DNA of 63,328 nucleotides, filler included, from Bonamia ostreae (GCA_040357525.1; 15 parts of 15 records of this genome joined end to end with filler, not necessarily neighbours in it), one strand, 5' to 3'; positions 1 to 12,497 are shown, counted from the whole stretch's first letter. Notes: generated by a model from the sequence alone, not told the origin. Numbers and translations: made by a program.

Positions 1-129
1 AATAAAAAATTTAAATTATCGAAAAACAATTAAAAAAAATTAAAATTGACGAAAAACAACAACAATAAAAAATCTAATTTTAAAATTGACGAAAAAAACA
101 ACAATAAAAATTAAACAATTAAAAAAAAG

Positions 130-1106
130 ATGCAACTTAAAGGATTAGTACAACTAAAACTATTCAATTTTGTAAACAACACGCCAGGCTTCTCCAAATT
201 CTCCCTCTCGTTCCTTCAATACCCGGAAATACTTTTTGACATCACCTTCAAAAAGCGAAAACTCAAATTGAACACACTCCCCGTCATTTCCAACATGATA
301 CACAAATTGTTGAAAAAAAGCGTCTGGCGCGTAATGGTCTACCCGCGATCCATCACAATCAATATCAACAAAACCAAACTCAATCTAAAGCGAAATGTCG
401 GCTCTCTGGTTATTGACGGGAAGTCTTACCGCGAGGTCGAAGGGTATGTAAAAGTGAAAATACTAAAATTGGAATTGAGAGAAGATTGTTGGTTTAACAA
501 TATTCTGAATGTCACCGGAGAGACCATGGTCGATTGGTACTGCACCGTTTTTTCGAAGGGGGACAAATTGATTTACAACACCGACCCCATAAAAGCGGAC
601 GTGTGGAGGAAGAAATTTAGATGGGAGCAGTTTGTGACGTTGAAAAATTTTACGATTGGACAGACGAGGAAATATGGACATGTTGTAAATATCGAGTTGT
701 GGGTCTCTTCAAAAAGTTTTTATCCAAAAATTGCTTATTTTCGAGTTTAATTGTCATTTTAAAATGTTTAAAAATTTTTTCGTTTTTAAATATTTTTATT
801 TTTGAATATTAATTATTTTGTAATTAAAATTTTTTCGAATTTAAAAAAGGACACAAATTTCTAATTGGTCAAATATCAATTGATTTGATGCCATTAATAT
901 CACAAGAAAGATTTTGGTACAATATTTTAGACGAGAAAATGTACCAGTTTTCGTCTGATGACGTTAGTTTCGACATAATCGGACTGGCGTCGATTAAAAT
1001 AGAATACAAACCACCCAAAAAACTGAAACTACCGAAATATTTGAGTACGACAACTATTCCTAACAAAATAGATAGAATTCGAAGAGCGGCATTTAAAACC
1101 AAATAA
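130..1106 (+). CDS. SMP-domain + C2-domain lipid-transfer protein (extended synaptotagmin/tricalbin-like), probably 5' truncated
   Basis: SMP C-terminal pattern (FSLSFLQYPEILFDI...LPVISNMIH...VMVYPRSITI). Splicing intron 716-849 gives the C2 pattern ELWVSSKRHKFLIGQISIDL...WYNIL...GLASIKIEY. Confidence 0.65.
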
Positions 1107-1458
1107 TAAATCATTTTTGTTCTAACATGGTCGTAAAATAAAATTTAGCAGCAACATGTACCGTTTCAAAGATAAAAACTTTAAACATAAATTCGTCCGC
1201 AGAAAACGACGACATTTCTTTTTTAACTCAACGACAACAAATGCTTTGATTGACAATTTTTCGATATTGACCATTTAATCCCTTTTCGGTGATTTCTCAG
1301 CTTATAAATTTTAACAAAATTATTATACAATCGCCGTATATTAATATCGCCGTATATTAATATACTTCTAAAATGACGACATTATGAAAATATGATTATT
1401 TTGCTACAACTTTATTACAAAATTATCCAAAAAGCTAAATTTCTGTCATTTTAAAGAG

Positions 1459-3401
1459 ATGGCACAAAAAAGGCTTTCCAGCGATCTCAAATTTCAGAAC
1501 ATTTCTGAATCGATCACGTCTCCTTTGGCACACGATTACCACCATCTCTATAAAGCTAGACTTTCCGCCCTTCGCTTCCCACTCGAAAAAAAAGCTGCTC
1601 TAAAATGGCCTAACCTTGAAATAAAAGGATTATCATCTTTAAATTCGAGTGAAAGCGAATGTGTCATAATCGGAGTACTCTACAAAAGAATGGAAAGAAA
1701 AATCAACCCACTCGATTTTTTCAATGGGAAAACAACACAGAAAAACGAACCATCTTTTGTTTCCAGAAACGACAAGCTTTTTCTAGAAGACTTTGAAGGG
1801 CGCATCGAAATCGAAAATTTGGATGCTCAAAAATGGACGACGGGATTTTTTGTGGCCGTTAAGGGCAACCAAACTTCGAGCTCGCGTTTTTTTGTTAACG
1901 ACTTTTTATTGCCCGGTCTCCCGATTCAACGCTTTAATATTCGGGGAAAGTCCTTAACTAAAAATGGCGACAGAAAACATGTCGCAATAATATCCGGGCT
2001 AAATTTCAGCAAAAATTTGGGTTTCTGCAAGATTTTGGGGGATTTTTTAACTGGGAACATTGAAGATAAAAAGCTTAAAAATGTCTCTGCAAAAATATCG
2101 CATTTGGTTATAGCCGGTGGTTCTTTTAGCGATTTGTTCCCAAAATATGAAATCGATCCAATTTTTGATGACGAAACAGTTTTTCTTGTCGTTCAATTTT
2201 TTTGTTGTTAATTTGTTTTATCAATTTTGCTCATTTTTTGTCGGTTTTATCCGATTTTTTGTTTATTTTAATCTGTTTTTGCAATTTTTGGCGATTTTTT
2301 CTATTTTTTTGTTTTATCAATTTTGCTCATTTTTTGTCGGTTTTATCCGATTTTTTGTTTATNNNNNNNNNNNNNNNNNNNNNNNNNNNNNNNNNNNNNN
2401 NNNNNNNNNNNNNNNNNNNNNNNNNNNNNNNNNNNNNNNNNNNNNNNNNNNNNNNNNNNNNNTATCCGATTTTTTTGTTTATTTTAATCTGTTTTTGCAA
2501 TTTTTGGCGATTTTTTCTATTTTTTTGTTTTATCAATTTTGCTCATTTTTGCCGGGTTTATCCGATTTTTTTGTTTATTTTAATCTGTTTTTGCAATTTT
2601 TGGCGATTTTTTCGATTTTATAAATCTTTGCCGATTTTAAACAATTTAATTAAATTTTTGTCATTTTTTTCGATTATAGACAATTTTATTAAATTTCTGA
2701 CCGTTTTTTTTTCGATTTTAAACGATTCTTAATTTTTGCCGATCCAAAAATTACAACAATCCAAATTTTCTCAAATTGATCAAAATTTAAGAAAAACATT
2801 GAAAACGAGAGCACAACACAAGTAAAGTCTCTAGACTCTTATCTCTCATATCTGTCTACTTCGATACCGATTTTTCTAATGCCCAGCAAAACAGATCCTA
2901 CCAATCTGTTGTTACCACAACAACCTATAAATCCTTCATTACTGCCAGTTTCTCATTCTTTCAGTCATTTTAAATGTGTCCCAAATCCCGCCTTATTCTC
3001 TTTAAACGGAATGACGTTTTTAATCAATAACTTCAAAAACATTGAATATCTTCATAAAAAGATTGCTAGGCACTTCAGGCGAGAACATTGAAGACATTAA
3101 AAAGTACAGCGAAATGTCGCAAATCGAAGCGATGAAAAAGTCGATTTGTAATCGTTTAATATGTCCAACAGCCCCCGACACGCTTCCGTGTAAAGCTTTC
3201 GGACATAGAGACGAATTAATATTAGAGCAATGTCCAAATTTGTATTTTTGCGGAAATGCAAAAAATTTTGAAAGGGACAAATTGAGCGAAAATGACAAAG
3301 AAATCGTTTTAATGGCGATCCCTTCGTTTTATAAAACTGGAACTGTTGTTCTAGTTGATTCGCAAAATCTTGAAAGCGAAGTTGTTACTTTTGAAAAATA
3401 A
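1459..3401 (+). CDS. POLD2: DNA polymerase delta subunit 2 (B subunit), 3 exons
   Basis: Motifs YKARL, CVIIGVLYK, LFLEDFEGRI, MPSKTDPTNLLLPQQP, LGTSGENI, PTAPDTL and CPNLYFCGN. One long repeat-filled intron and one 46-nt intron. Confidence 0.95.
2213..2620. repeat. About 95-nt tandem repeat inside POLD2 intron 1 (spans an N gap)
   Basis: Repeated unit ttgttttatcaattttgctcattttttgtcggttttatccgattttttgtttattttaatctg... Confidence 0.85.
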
Positions 3402-3703
3402 ATTTGAGTATTTTTATCGAATATGCATTTTTCTTGTTTTGACCAAATTGGAAAACAATATTTTTGGATTTTTTTTGACCAAATTGGAAAACAAAATATT
3501 TTTGGATATTTCTTGTTTTGACCAAATTGGAAAACAAAATATTTTTGGATTTTTTCTTGTTTTGACGAAATTGGAAAACAAAATATTTTTGGATTTTTTC
3601 TTGTTTTTAAAAGATTAAAAAAATACTGAAATTAATTTTTAAATGTTAATATTTTACAATAAAAACTTGAACTGGTTTGCAAAAAATTATAAACTTTTGT
3701 TTA

Positions 3704-4187
3704 ATGATAAAAAAATGTTTGGTAATAAATTGCACGTTTTATTAAATTATTTGAAGCGATCTTCCTTTCAACAGACCTAATCCGTTCGTTGTTGTTTCCA
3801 CGAAAACTGAAAAATCCCCAAAATTTCATATTTTGGGGAACACTGAATTCATTACGTTTTTTGAAGTTATTATTTTGTTCTAATTATTAAATTCTAATTA
3901 AAATTTACTAAAAAAACAACAAAAAGAAACGAAAGAAATCCCCGTTTTGTCGAAGATATCGATTTCGATTTCTCCGAAGACGAAGAAATCTGTTTTCGAT
4001 TAGAACTATTCAGCCATAAATGCGACTCGAACGAGTTAGAAAAACAAGTTTTCGTTGGATACAACGAAATCGCCCTCTCCGATCTTCTAAGTGCCCCCGT
4101 CACAAGACCTCTTTTGAGACCAAAAAGTGACAAATTGGTTCAGGATAAAAAAGGAAACACTTCAACGCTAAAATTGTGCGTTGAAGA
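3704..4187 (+). CDS. Copine-like protein, N-terminal C2A domain (3' truncated)
   Basis: After removing a 21-nt intron (3736-3756) and a second intron: LVINCTDLP..PNPFVVV..LGNTEFITNERNPRF..FRLELF..FVGYNEIALSDLL..LKLCVEE. Confidence 0.75.
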
Positions 4188-4287
4188 NNNNNNNNNNNNN
4201 NNNNNNNNNNNNNNNNNNNNNNNNNNNNNNNTTAATTAATTAANNNNNNNNNNNNNNNNNNNNNNNNNNNNNNNNNNNNNNNNNNNN
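4188..4287. other. Artificial contig linker (N-padded TTAATTAATTAA); 14 such linkers in the window
   Basis: Identical 100-nt pads start near 4188, 8475, 12749, 17016, 21261, 25495, 29721, 33940, 38154, 42366, 46570, 50766, 54962 and 59151. Contig lengths decrease from 4187 to 4078. Confidence 0.98.
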
Positions 4288-7200
4288 CATCGTAAGAATC
4301 CTTTGTCCTCGCATATGCCCACCCAAATCGCTGTCAACATTCGTCCATTTTTACAAGTTCCCGACCCTATCACCAAAGAACCCGCCTTCTTGCAAACTTC
4401 GTCGCCAACATTGCTCGCTGCAATCTACACCATTTTTAAGCAAATTGCCAAAATTTATAAAAAAAACTGGTTTCTAAAAAAATCAGAACCTGAACGCTGT
4501 CACCAGTGATCAGAAGCAAACTCTTCTCTCCTTTCACTCCAACAGCGCCTGGCTCAACAAAAACTCCGTCATCGCCTCTTTCCATTTTTAGTTCTTCTCC
4601 CGAAATTGATGTTTTTGAATCAAAAGATTTTATCTTTAAATCGATATTTTTGATATTTTGCAAAAATTTATTGTTGTTTGACCATTTTGATATTTTTGCC
4701 AAAATGACCAATGTTAAAAATAAACAAAAAGTTTCTCTTCGTCGCCTCCAATTTTGAGAAAATTTTCATTTCCAAATTGAAAATCAATTGACGCTTTCCC
4801 ATTTTTGTTCATGGCCATTTCGATTTTCGAACTTTTGCCGTTTTTGTTACTGTCGATTTCAATACCCTTCGGTCTTATAAAAGTGTTTTCACCGTTATCA
4901 CCAAAACGCATTTTCTTCTTTTTCGCGTCCAGTTCAAAAATTCCAGTTCCATTTTGTTCCATCTTTTGATAAAATTTCAAACTTTCATGTTGTCAGCTGC
5001 GAAAATCGCATTGTCGCCGCCCTTCGACAATTTTAGACTTGCGGCAGATTTTTCCAACGCGAGCTCGGCCGTGTTCACAGAATTTTTGTCGGAAATCTTA
5101 TTTGTTTTAAAAAACTTTTATTCCTTTTGGTTTCAGATGCGAAGATTCAGAATCCGGTTTAAAAACTTTTATTCCCTCCAAAGCGTTTGCTGTTATCGCT
5201 TGTTTTCGTTCCAAACTTTTTATCTTCACAAAAATATTTGCAAAGATTTGTTAAAAGAAAATTTGCAAATAAGAAAACAAATAATCCTTCGGCTCCATTA
5301 ATATTGATCTCCCCTTTTTCTTCTGACAAATTGAGATTGTTGTTGTCAACGGAGTACTTCATTGTTTTGTTCTCGTTGCCAAACTTTGTTGTTAGTAATT
5401 AAACTTTTATTTTTCCGCTTGTCAATTCCATCGTATTGTTGCCAAACGAAGCCTTTTAATGTGCAAAATCAATAAATTTTAAAGTGAATATTCAATAAAT
5501 TTTAAAGTACAAAATCAATAAATTTTAAAGTGCATATTCAATAAATTTTAAAGTACAAAATCAATAAACTTTAAAGTACAAAATCAATAAATTTTAAAGT
5601 GAATATTCAATAAATTTTAAAGTATGTACAAAATCAATAAATTTTAAAGTGAATATTCAATTTTAAAGTGAATATTCAATAAATTTTAAAGTGCAAAATC
5701 AATAAATTTTGAAGTGAATATTCTATAAATTTTAAAGTGCAAAATCAATAAATTTTAAAGTACAAAATCAATAAATTTTAAAGTGAATATTCAATAAATT
5801 TTAAAGTATGTACAAAATCAATAAATTTTAAAGTGAATATTCAATTTTAAAGTGAATATTCAATAAATTTTAAAGTGCAAAATCAATAAATTTTGAAGTG
5901 AATATTCTATAAATTTTAAAGTGCAAAATCAATAAATTTTAAAGTACAAAATCAATAAATTTTAAAGTGCAAACTCAATAAATTTTAAAGTGCATATTCA
6001 ATAAATTTAAAAAAGGAACATTAATGAGACTAGGCCCAATTTTTACCGAATATCCTTCTTCAGTATCAAAACTTTGACTACCTTCCGAAAAACTAACTTT
6101 TCCGCCCAAAAATTTCAGCTTAAATTTTTCTGTAAAAACATCAATTTTTTCTTCTCTCGTTTCAATAAAAGTTTTTCCGTTCTTTTTTATCTTCAAATTT
6201 AATTTGTCAAGAAATAATAACAAAAAATTAGCCAAAAACAGTAATATCTCCTTCACCCGTAAATTTGGTTTCAGTTCCAATATCACTATTCCCAATAGAT
6301 ATCACAGACGAATTCATTGTCACAACACGATTTCTATTTCTCAAAAGGATATTCTCTTCGTTAAGAAAAGCCATTTTGTCGCCATTAACTTTATTTTGAA
6401 CATCAAAACTTAATTGAACGACGCCTCCTTCGATAACAGTGGTATCATTGCCGTTTTCAAACAACTTTACTAAATTTGATAAACCATTTTAGCTTTTTCA
6501 CCGTTTTCCTCCAACACAAAAGTCGTTTTATTGCCATTTTTCATCTTTAAGATTTGATCATTTTGTAACAGAACTAAATATGAAAAACCAGAATATTGCC
6601 GGCGCCAAAAGATATGCTATTTTTGCTGTCTTCAATGTTAATCGACGCTTCTTTCTCCACATCAAGTTTGATTTCTTTCGATTTTTTGATCATTTTAATT
6701 GACATATCGTTTGGATCCATTATTATTTCAGATTCGTCCCCTTTCATCTTTTTATTAATTTTATTTATCGATTCATTGTTACTTTCTAAATGTCTTTAAC
6801 ATTGATTGTTATATTGAAACTTTAATCCGAGAGCCATTTTGCAACAAAAACTTTTCTTTGCCGTTTTCAGTAATCTAAAAATTAACGGACAAACATTGAT
6901 GTACCCTTTATCATTTTCTCTACTGATTCCAAAAGCCATCTCGCTTTTTGCCCTTATAAATTTGCCAAACGTCTCATCTGCTGAAATCTCTGCGCTGTTA
7001 CTGCCTTTCGACATCTTTTTTTGCAAAAAATTGAATCTAAATTTACTTTTAAATTTGGAAAGACAGAATTCAGCTCGACAGAATTGACATCCGAGAATCC
7101 TTGTCGATTAACCATTTTTAGTTTTGGCGCTTTCGAGTCAATGTAAACGTAGTCTTCGTTACCAGCGTTTCCTTCTTGTATCTTTTAATGTTTTTTGTTA

Positions 7201-8134
7201 ATTTTTATTTTGCAACTTTTTTGTCCATTATTTTTAAATCAAAATTTTTATTTTAACAATATTTTCTATTTTTAAATCAAAATTTTTATTTTGGCAACTT
7301 TTTTGTCCATTATTTTTAAATCAAAATTTTTAATTTTTGACAATAATTTTTCTATTTTTAAATCAAAATTTTTATTTTGGCAACTTTTTGTCCTTTATTT
7401 TTAAATGAAAATTTTTATTTTAACAATATTTTTTCTATTTTTAAATCAAAATTTTTATTTTGCAACGTTTTCGTCCATTATTTTTAAATCAAAATTTTTA
7501 TTTTGACAATATTTTCTATTTTTAAATCAAAATTTTTTAAAGATTAATTGGAAAATGACTTTGAAAAATGAATTCTTTCCTTCGATCGTCAGATCATTGA
7601 CCGTTGTGTCTTCCAATATGTTGTCGACGGAAAGAGTAGTTTTTTGTCCTTTTCCATCTTTTAACTTTTTATCATTACTGCGAGAGATTACCTTGATGGT
7701 GCCCGTCTTTCCGTCTAAGACAATCTTCTCTTCTCCGGAATCTTCAATGGAGATCTTTGCCGCGTGCCCGTGCAACTTTATTTTTTCGCTTCCGCCGTCC
7801 GAAACCTTTTTAAAATGTTGTTGCAAAAAATTGTCATGTGCGTTTTAAAGTTCTACGACAAAACAGATATAAAATTTGAGGAGATTTCCCCGCTGTTCGT
7901 AGGCACTTCGGAGCTGAGACCCAACCGAAGAGTGTTGGCTTTGATGTATCCCAAGGAAACGATGTTTCCGCCAGTTTCAATGTTACCTGAAGACGTTTTG
8001 ATGTCCCCGGTCGTCAAGATGTCTCCCGCTTTTCCGCCCTTTTCGCCGTTTAATAGCAGTTTCTCGCTACTAATTTCACCCGTTTCTCCGCTTAAAACAA
8101 TTTTTTCGTTTTTTCCGATTTTTAGTTTTTCGGT
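4288..8134 (-). CDS. Large multi-exon beta-strand repeat protein of unknown function (fibre/adhesin-like), truncated at both ends
   Basis: About 17 exons splice into one frame rich in G/N/K/E turns and alternating hydrophobics (e.g. GDILTTGDIKTSSGNIETGGNIVSLGYIKANTLRLG; KIVLDGKTGTIK). The last visible exon is Cys-containing. Confidence 0.75.
5460..6010. repeat. Minisatellite (aatcaataaattttaaagtg-type, ~20-nt units) filling an intron
   Basis: More than 20 degenerate copies lie between a GT donor and an AG acceptor of the minus-strand gene. Confidence 0.9.
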
Positions 8135-8783
8135 CTATAACAATTAAAGTTTTTATAAAAATGGTCACAAAAATATTTTATAGTAAAAAATATAAAATCT
8201 TTATAAAATGGTCAAAAAGAAAAATATTTTATAGTAAAAAATGTAAATGTTTTATAAAAATGGTCACAAAAATATTTTATAGTCAAAAGTATAAAATCTT
8301 TATAAAATGGTCAAAAAGAAAAAATATTTTATAGTAAAAAATGTAAATGTTTTATAAAAATGGTCACAAAAATATTTTATAGTCAAAAGTATAAAATCTT
8401 TATAAAATGGTCAAAAAGAAAAAATATTTTATAGTAAAAAATGTAAATGTTTTATAAAAATGGTCACAAAAATANNNNNNNNNNNNNNNNNNNNNNNNNN
8501 NNNNNNNNNNNNNNNNNNTTAATTAATTAANNNNNNNNNNNNNNNNNNNNNNNNNNNNNNNNNNNNNNNNNNNNAGACAACATAAATCGCTACAAAATTT
8601 ACAAAAATTAGCTTTAGAAAAAATAAGTCAGAAAAAATGGGCAAAATCTCTCGGATGACAAAGACTGCTTTATAACACAGGGCACAGACGTGGTCGAATA
8701 AACCTCATTAAAATATCGAATCTTGTGCACAACATAAAATTTTAAATTAAGAACAAAAATTAAGTTGAAATATCTAAACAAAA

Positions 8784-10134
8784 ATGGCGCCTTTCTGCAT
8801 CTCATGTATGTCAGACGCTGAACCTTTAATTGACGACAATGAACCCTTCGTCATAATTCTTCTAAATCCAAAAGGTGGAGCCGGGAAGGCCAAAAAGGTA
8901 ATGGAGATCCTAAAAGACAGAGAGAACTGTAATGTGATCGACATTTTAAGATTTGCGGAAGAAAAAGAAGAAATGAACGTACGAAAAGAGCTTGAAAATA
9001 TTGTTCAGAAGAATGAAAAATGTCGAATTGTTTTTGGGGGCGGAGACGGCACGATCACTTGGGGCTTCCAGATTTTAGACGAAATCGGGATAATGCAACC
9101 AATTGCCATTCTTCCGCTTGGAACTGCGAACGAGATAAGTAAGTGCACTGGATGGTCCAACTCTTTTAAACTTGATCATCTGAAGGATTTTCTTTATCAT
9201 GTTCGACATGGACCAACTTTTGATTTTGATATTTGGAATGTCAGTTATTCTGACAATCCAGGAAAGGACGCAAAAGTAATTTTTAGAGCATCGAACAATT
9301 TTCATTTTTTCTTTTGTCCATTATCAACCAAAAAAGAAAAATTTTGCATTTAAAACAAATCAAAAAAAACTTTTTCTTTTGTCCATTATCAACCAAAAAA
9401 GAAAAATTTTGCATTTAAAACAAAAAAAACTTTTTCATTTGTCCATTATCAACCAAAAATCTGCAAACAATTAGTCAACAAACCAAAAAGGAACCAATTC
9501 CAGAAAGACGACCGTCGATAATGGGCGCTTTCCTCAGTTTCGGAACGTAAACTTTCCTTCAATCCAAAGAGACGCGCAAATCGCCAACAAATTCCATTTA
9601 AGTCGCCAGAAAAAAACAAAACAACCTTCGATCGCCGAATCCAAAATCAGTTACGCCAAATACGACCTGGTCGAAATGTTCAGACCCTTCAAATCGATAA
9701 ACAAAATCGTCAAACTCAAAGTAGACGGAGAAGAAATCCAATTCAACAAGAACTACAGCTGTCTCCAATTGCTCAACATCAATTCTATGGCCGGAGGAGT
9801 CGACTTTTTCGGCAAAGGAAAAAGCGGTGCGAAGGACTTGATGCAAGACGGCCAATACACGAAACCGCTTTTCTGCGACAAAAAGGTGGAAATAATAGGC
9901 GAAACCTCGGTGCATCACTACAACTTGTGCTTTCTGGGATTGAGTCGCGGCAGGAGATTAGGGCAGGGCAACGTGGTCGAGATCGAATCGCAGGAGGCGA
10001 TTCCGATGGAAGTGGACGGAGAGCCGTTTCTGAATCCGCGGGGGACTGTCGTGGTGACGAGTTTGGGAAGCAGAAAAATGGTTTTGGGGAATTTTAGGAA
10101 TGCGAACACGAGGAGAGGAATCGAGATGGATTAA
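8784..10134 (+). CDS. Diacylglycerol kinase (catalytic + accessory domain, no C1 domains seen)
   Basis: LNPKGGAG, GGGDGT, LPLGTANE, FLSFG.DAQIA, LNINSMAGG and PMEVDGEPF. Confidence 0.92.
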
Positions 10135-10173
10135 ATTTAATAAAATTTCCAGTCATTTTGAGCCACATTAAAA

Positions 10174-11318
10174 ATGGTCTTCTCACATTTGTCTTTGGTC
10201 GTTTTTATAAGATTGGTCTCTTCTTACGGGAAAGCGTGGCAATATGGGCCGCCGATCGAATCAAAACTGTACGAACAAAGATGTCTCAATCTGTCTAAAA
10301 GAATGTGCACTTTTGACGATTTGTCTGATTTTTTTACTGAACAAAAGAATTTGTGCGAGCACGCGTGGATTTACCCTTTTTACAAAACAGATTCGGCGTA
10401 CAATGTTAATTTTAATTATCCTGGCAACAATTGCGGGGACTATAATGTGATCAACAGCGATAATTACAAAGATGCCGAGCTTGCATCTTGGTGTTGTGAA
10501 TCAAGTTATTATAAAATGGCTTTTTCGCCAAAATTGGCGATTTAAAATCGTAAAATTAAAATCAATTTTTTTTATCTTTTGCAACTTTGAATTTTTAAAA
10601 ATTAAGTGAAGATTTGTCAATTTTTATTTGTTAATAATTTTCAAGTTTTTGCGGTTACCACAGAAAAAGAATATCTTCCGCAAAAAGCTGAAACAGCTTG
10701 CTCTGAAAAAAGAGAAGATTGTTACAAAAGATGGGATGACTCGATCTTTTGCAAATTCGTTAAAAGAAAAGTTTGTACGACAAAAGATCTTCAAAGAAAT
10801 CTGGCTGCTTTAAATTTGCCGTGTGAAATTGCTTTTGCTTTTTCAGGAAATGACTTAGTTTTGGCGAAATGTGATGCAAAATCTGCCAAAGTTTTAGTTT
10901 TTGATGTTGTTCCATCGCAAACTAATTCTTTCTGGTGTTGCGATAGCCGTTTTTATAAATGTTTTGCTGATAATGCAATATGTACATATCAAAATCGATC
11001 CCATTGCTATTTTCATGTTAAATAATCTGCAACAAAAAGAATGTTTGCCGGACGGTTCAAAGTGCACTTCCGATGAACAATGTTGCAACTCGATTTGCAT
11101 TTATCTGTGTCAACGTTTTTTAATTAATTTAGGCAATGTACACTCCAATTCCGTCCAGGAATGCTTCGGGACCAAAAGCAATTTTATTTTACAGTTTCCA
11201 AGCTTGGATTTTGTTTGGTGTCATTACTTTCTTTTTGACGTCGCTGTGTGGAAAGATATGTTGTCCTGCGAGAGGAAGAGGTATTTTCAGCTGTCGTTGT
11301 AAAAGAAATTATATTTGA
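10174..11318 (+). CDS. Predicted secreted/surface Cys-rich protein: two CxxxxxxxCT..DL...C...WCC modules + knottin-like module + probable TM
   Basis: Hydrophobic N-terminus MVFSHLSLVVFIRLVSS and phase-1 donors after WCCES and WCCDS. Module CLPDGSKCTSDEQCCNSIC, then hydrophobic AWILFGVITFFLTSLC. The 3' splicing is ambiguous. Confidence 0.6.
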
Positions 11319-11921
11319 TCAAACAATTAGACTTAAAATTTTTGATTAGTTAAATAATTGTTCATTGGTTCGAAATTCCTTCAATCATTGGTGCATCCAT
11401 TGATTGTAAACAATTACCCCATTGTTGCCAAGACTGGAGACGTAGGTTTTTCTGAACTACTAATTTTGCTGAGATTGTCCCTAAAAACTTTAGATCTTGA
11501 AAGTCTGCGCTTTTTCTTTATGATCTTGTGATTTTGGAGGCGTTTCCAAGCAAGAAGAGATGTTGTTACATTTTGAACATTCTCTTCCGAATTTTAAAAA
11601 TTTACTTTTAGGTCACCGTTGGACTCGTTTACGAAGTACCAAAGTTGTCACTATTAACGACCCAATTTCTTTTTACGACGACCGGATGTTGTCTCTTTAA
11701 GACTGAAAACTTGCGCTCAATAGCTTTGTCGCCAAAACCATTCTGTCAAAATCAATTTTGGAAGAAAAAGCCATTCCAATCAAGCATTTTCTCGGAACAG
11801 GTTTGTAAAAATTAAATGGCATTTGGAAGAACAGAATTTAAAAGAGCTCGAAAGTTTAGAAGATTTAATGACGAAAAAGGATAAAAGAAATCTCTTTATT
11901 GAAAAAGGGATAAAATCAAAT

Positions 11922-12497
11922 TTAATAAGGCGGATATCCAAAAATCGATTTGTCTTTTAAGTTCGATCGACTCCGCGCATCAAAACTGGATTGTTGCTGC
12001 CGCTGTTGTTGAGACTGGTACAAGTTTTGTTGCCGCTGTTGTTGAGACTGGTACAAGTTTTGTTGCCGCTGTTGTTGAGACTGGTACAAGTTTTGTTGTG
12101 GTTGTTGTTGAGACTGGTACAAGTTTTGTTGTGGTTGTTGTTGAGACTGGTACAAGTNNNNNNNNNNNNNNNNNNNNNNNNNNNNNNNNNNNNNNNNNNN
12201 NNNNNNNNNNNNNNNNNNNNNNNNNNNNNNNNNNNNNNNNNNNNNNNNNNNNNNNNNTTTGTTGTTGATGTCCTTGCGGCGGAAAGAGGTTTGGTCGAAA
12301 AGAGTTTTGGTTTGTGTTTGTTTGAACGTTTTGTGGCGTTGAAATGTCTAAAAAGTAAATTTGGGTAAACTTAGTCCGCTCATCGCATTCAAATCGTCTC
12401 CGAAATAGCCTCGCGAAGAGTTGGTCAAATTTCGTTCCAATTCTGCGGTTTTTTTAAGACTTGCTTCTTTTGCGTCTTTCGAGAAATCTCTCACTTT
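11922..12497 (-). CDS. 3' part of a protein with a Q-rich 11-aa tandem repeat (QQNLYQSQQQP/R)
   Basis: 33-nt coding repeat at 11992-12157. An upstream exon joined via a 23-nt intron reads into PPQGHQQQ before the N gap. Confidence 0.6.

Noticed and set aside
2117-2732. Long F/L/I-rich ORFs (also 37383-37811, 46731-47033, 11991-12368)
   Set aside because: They are translations of AT-rich tandem repeats, N gaps, or the antisense of a coding repeat.
5460-6010. CRISPR-like array
   Set aside because: Degenerate head-to-tail repeats without unique spacers, inside a eukaryotic intron, with no cas genes.
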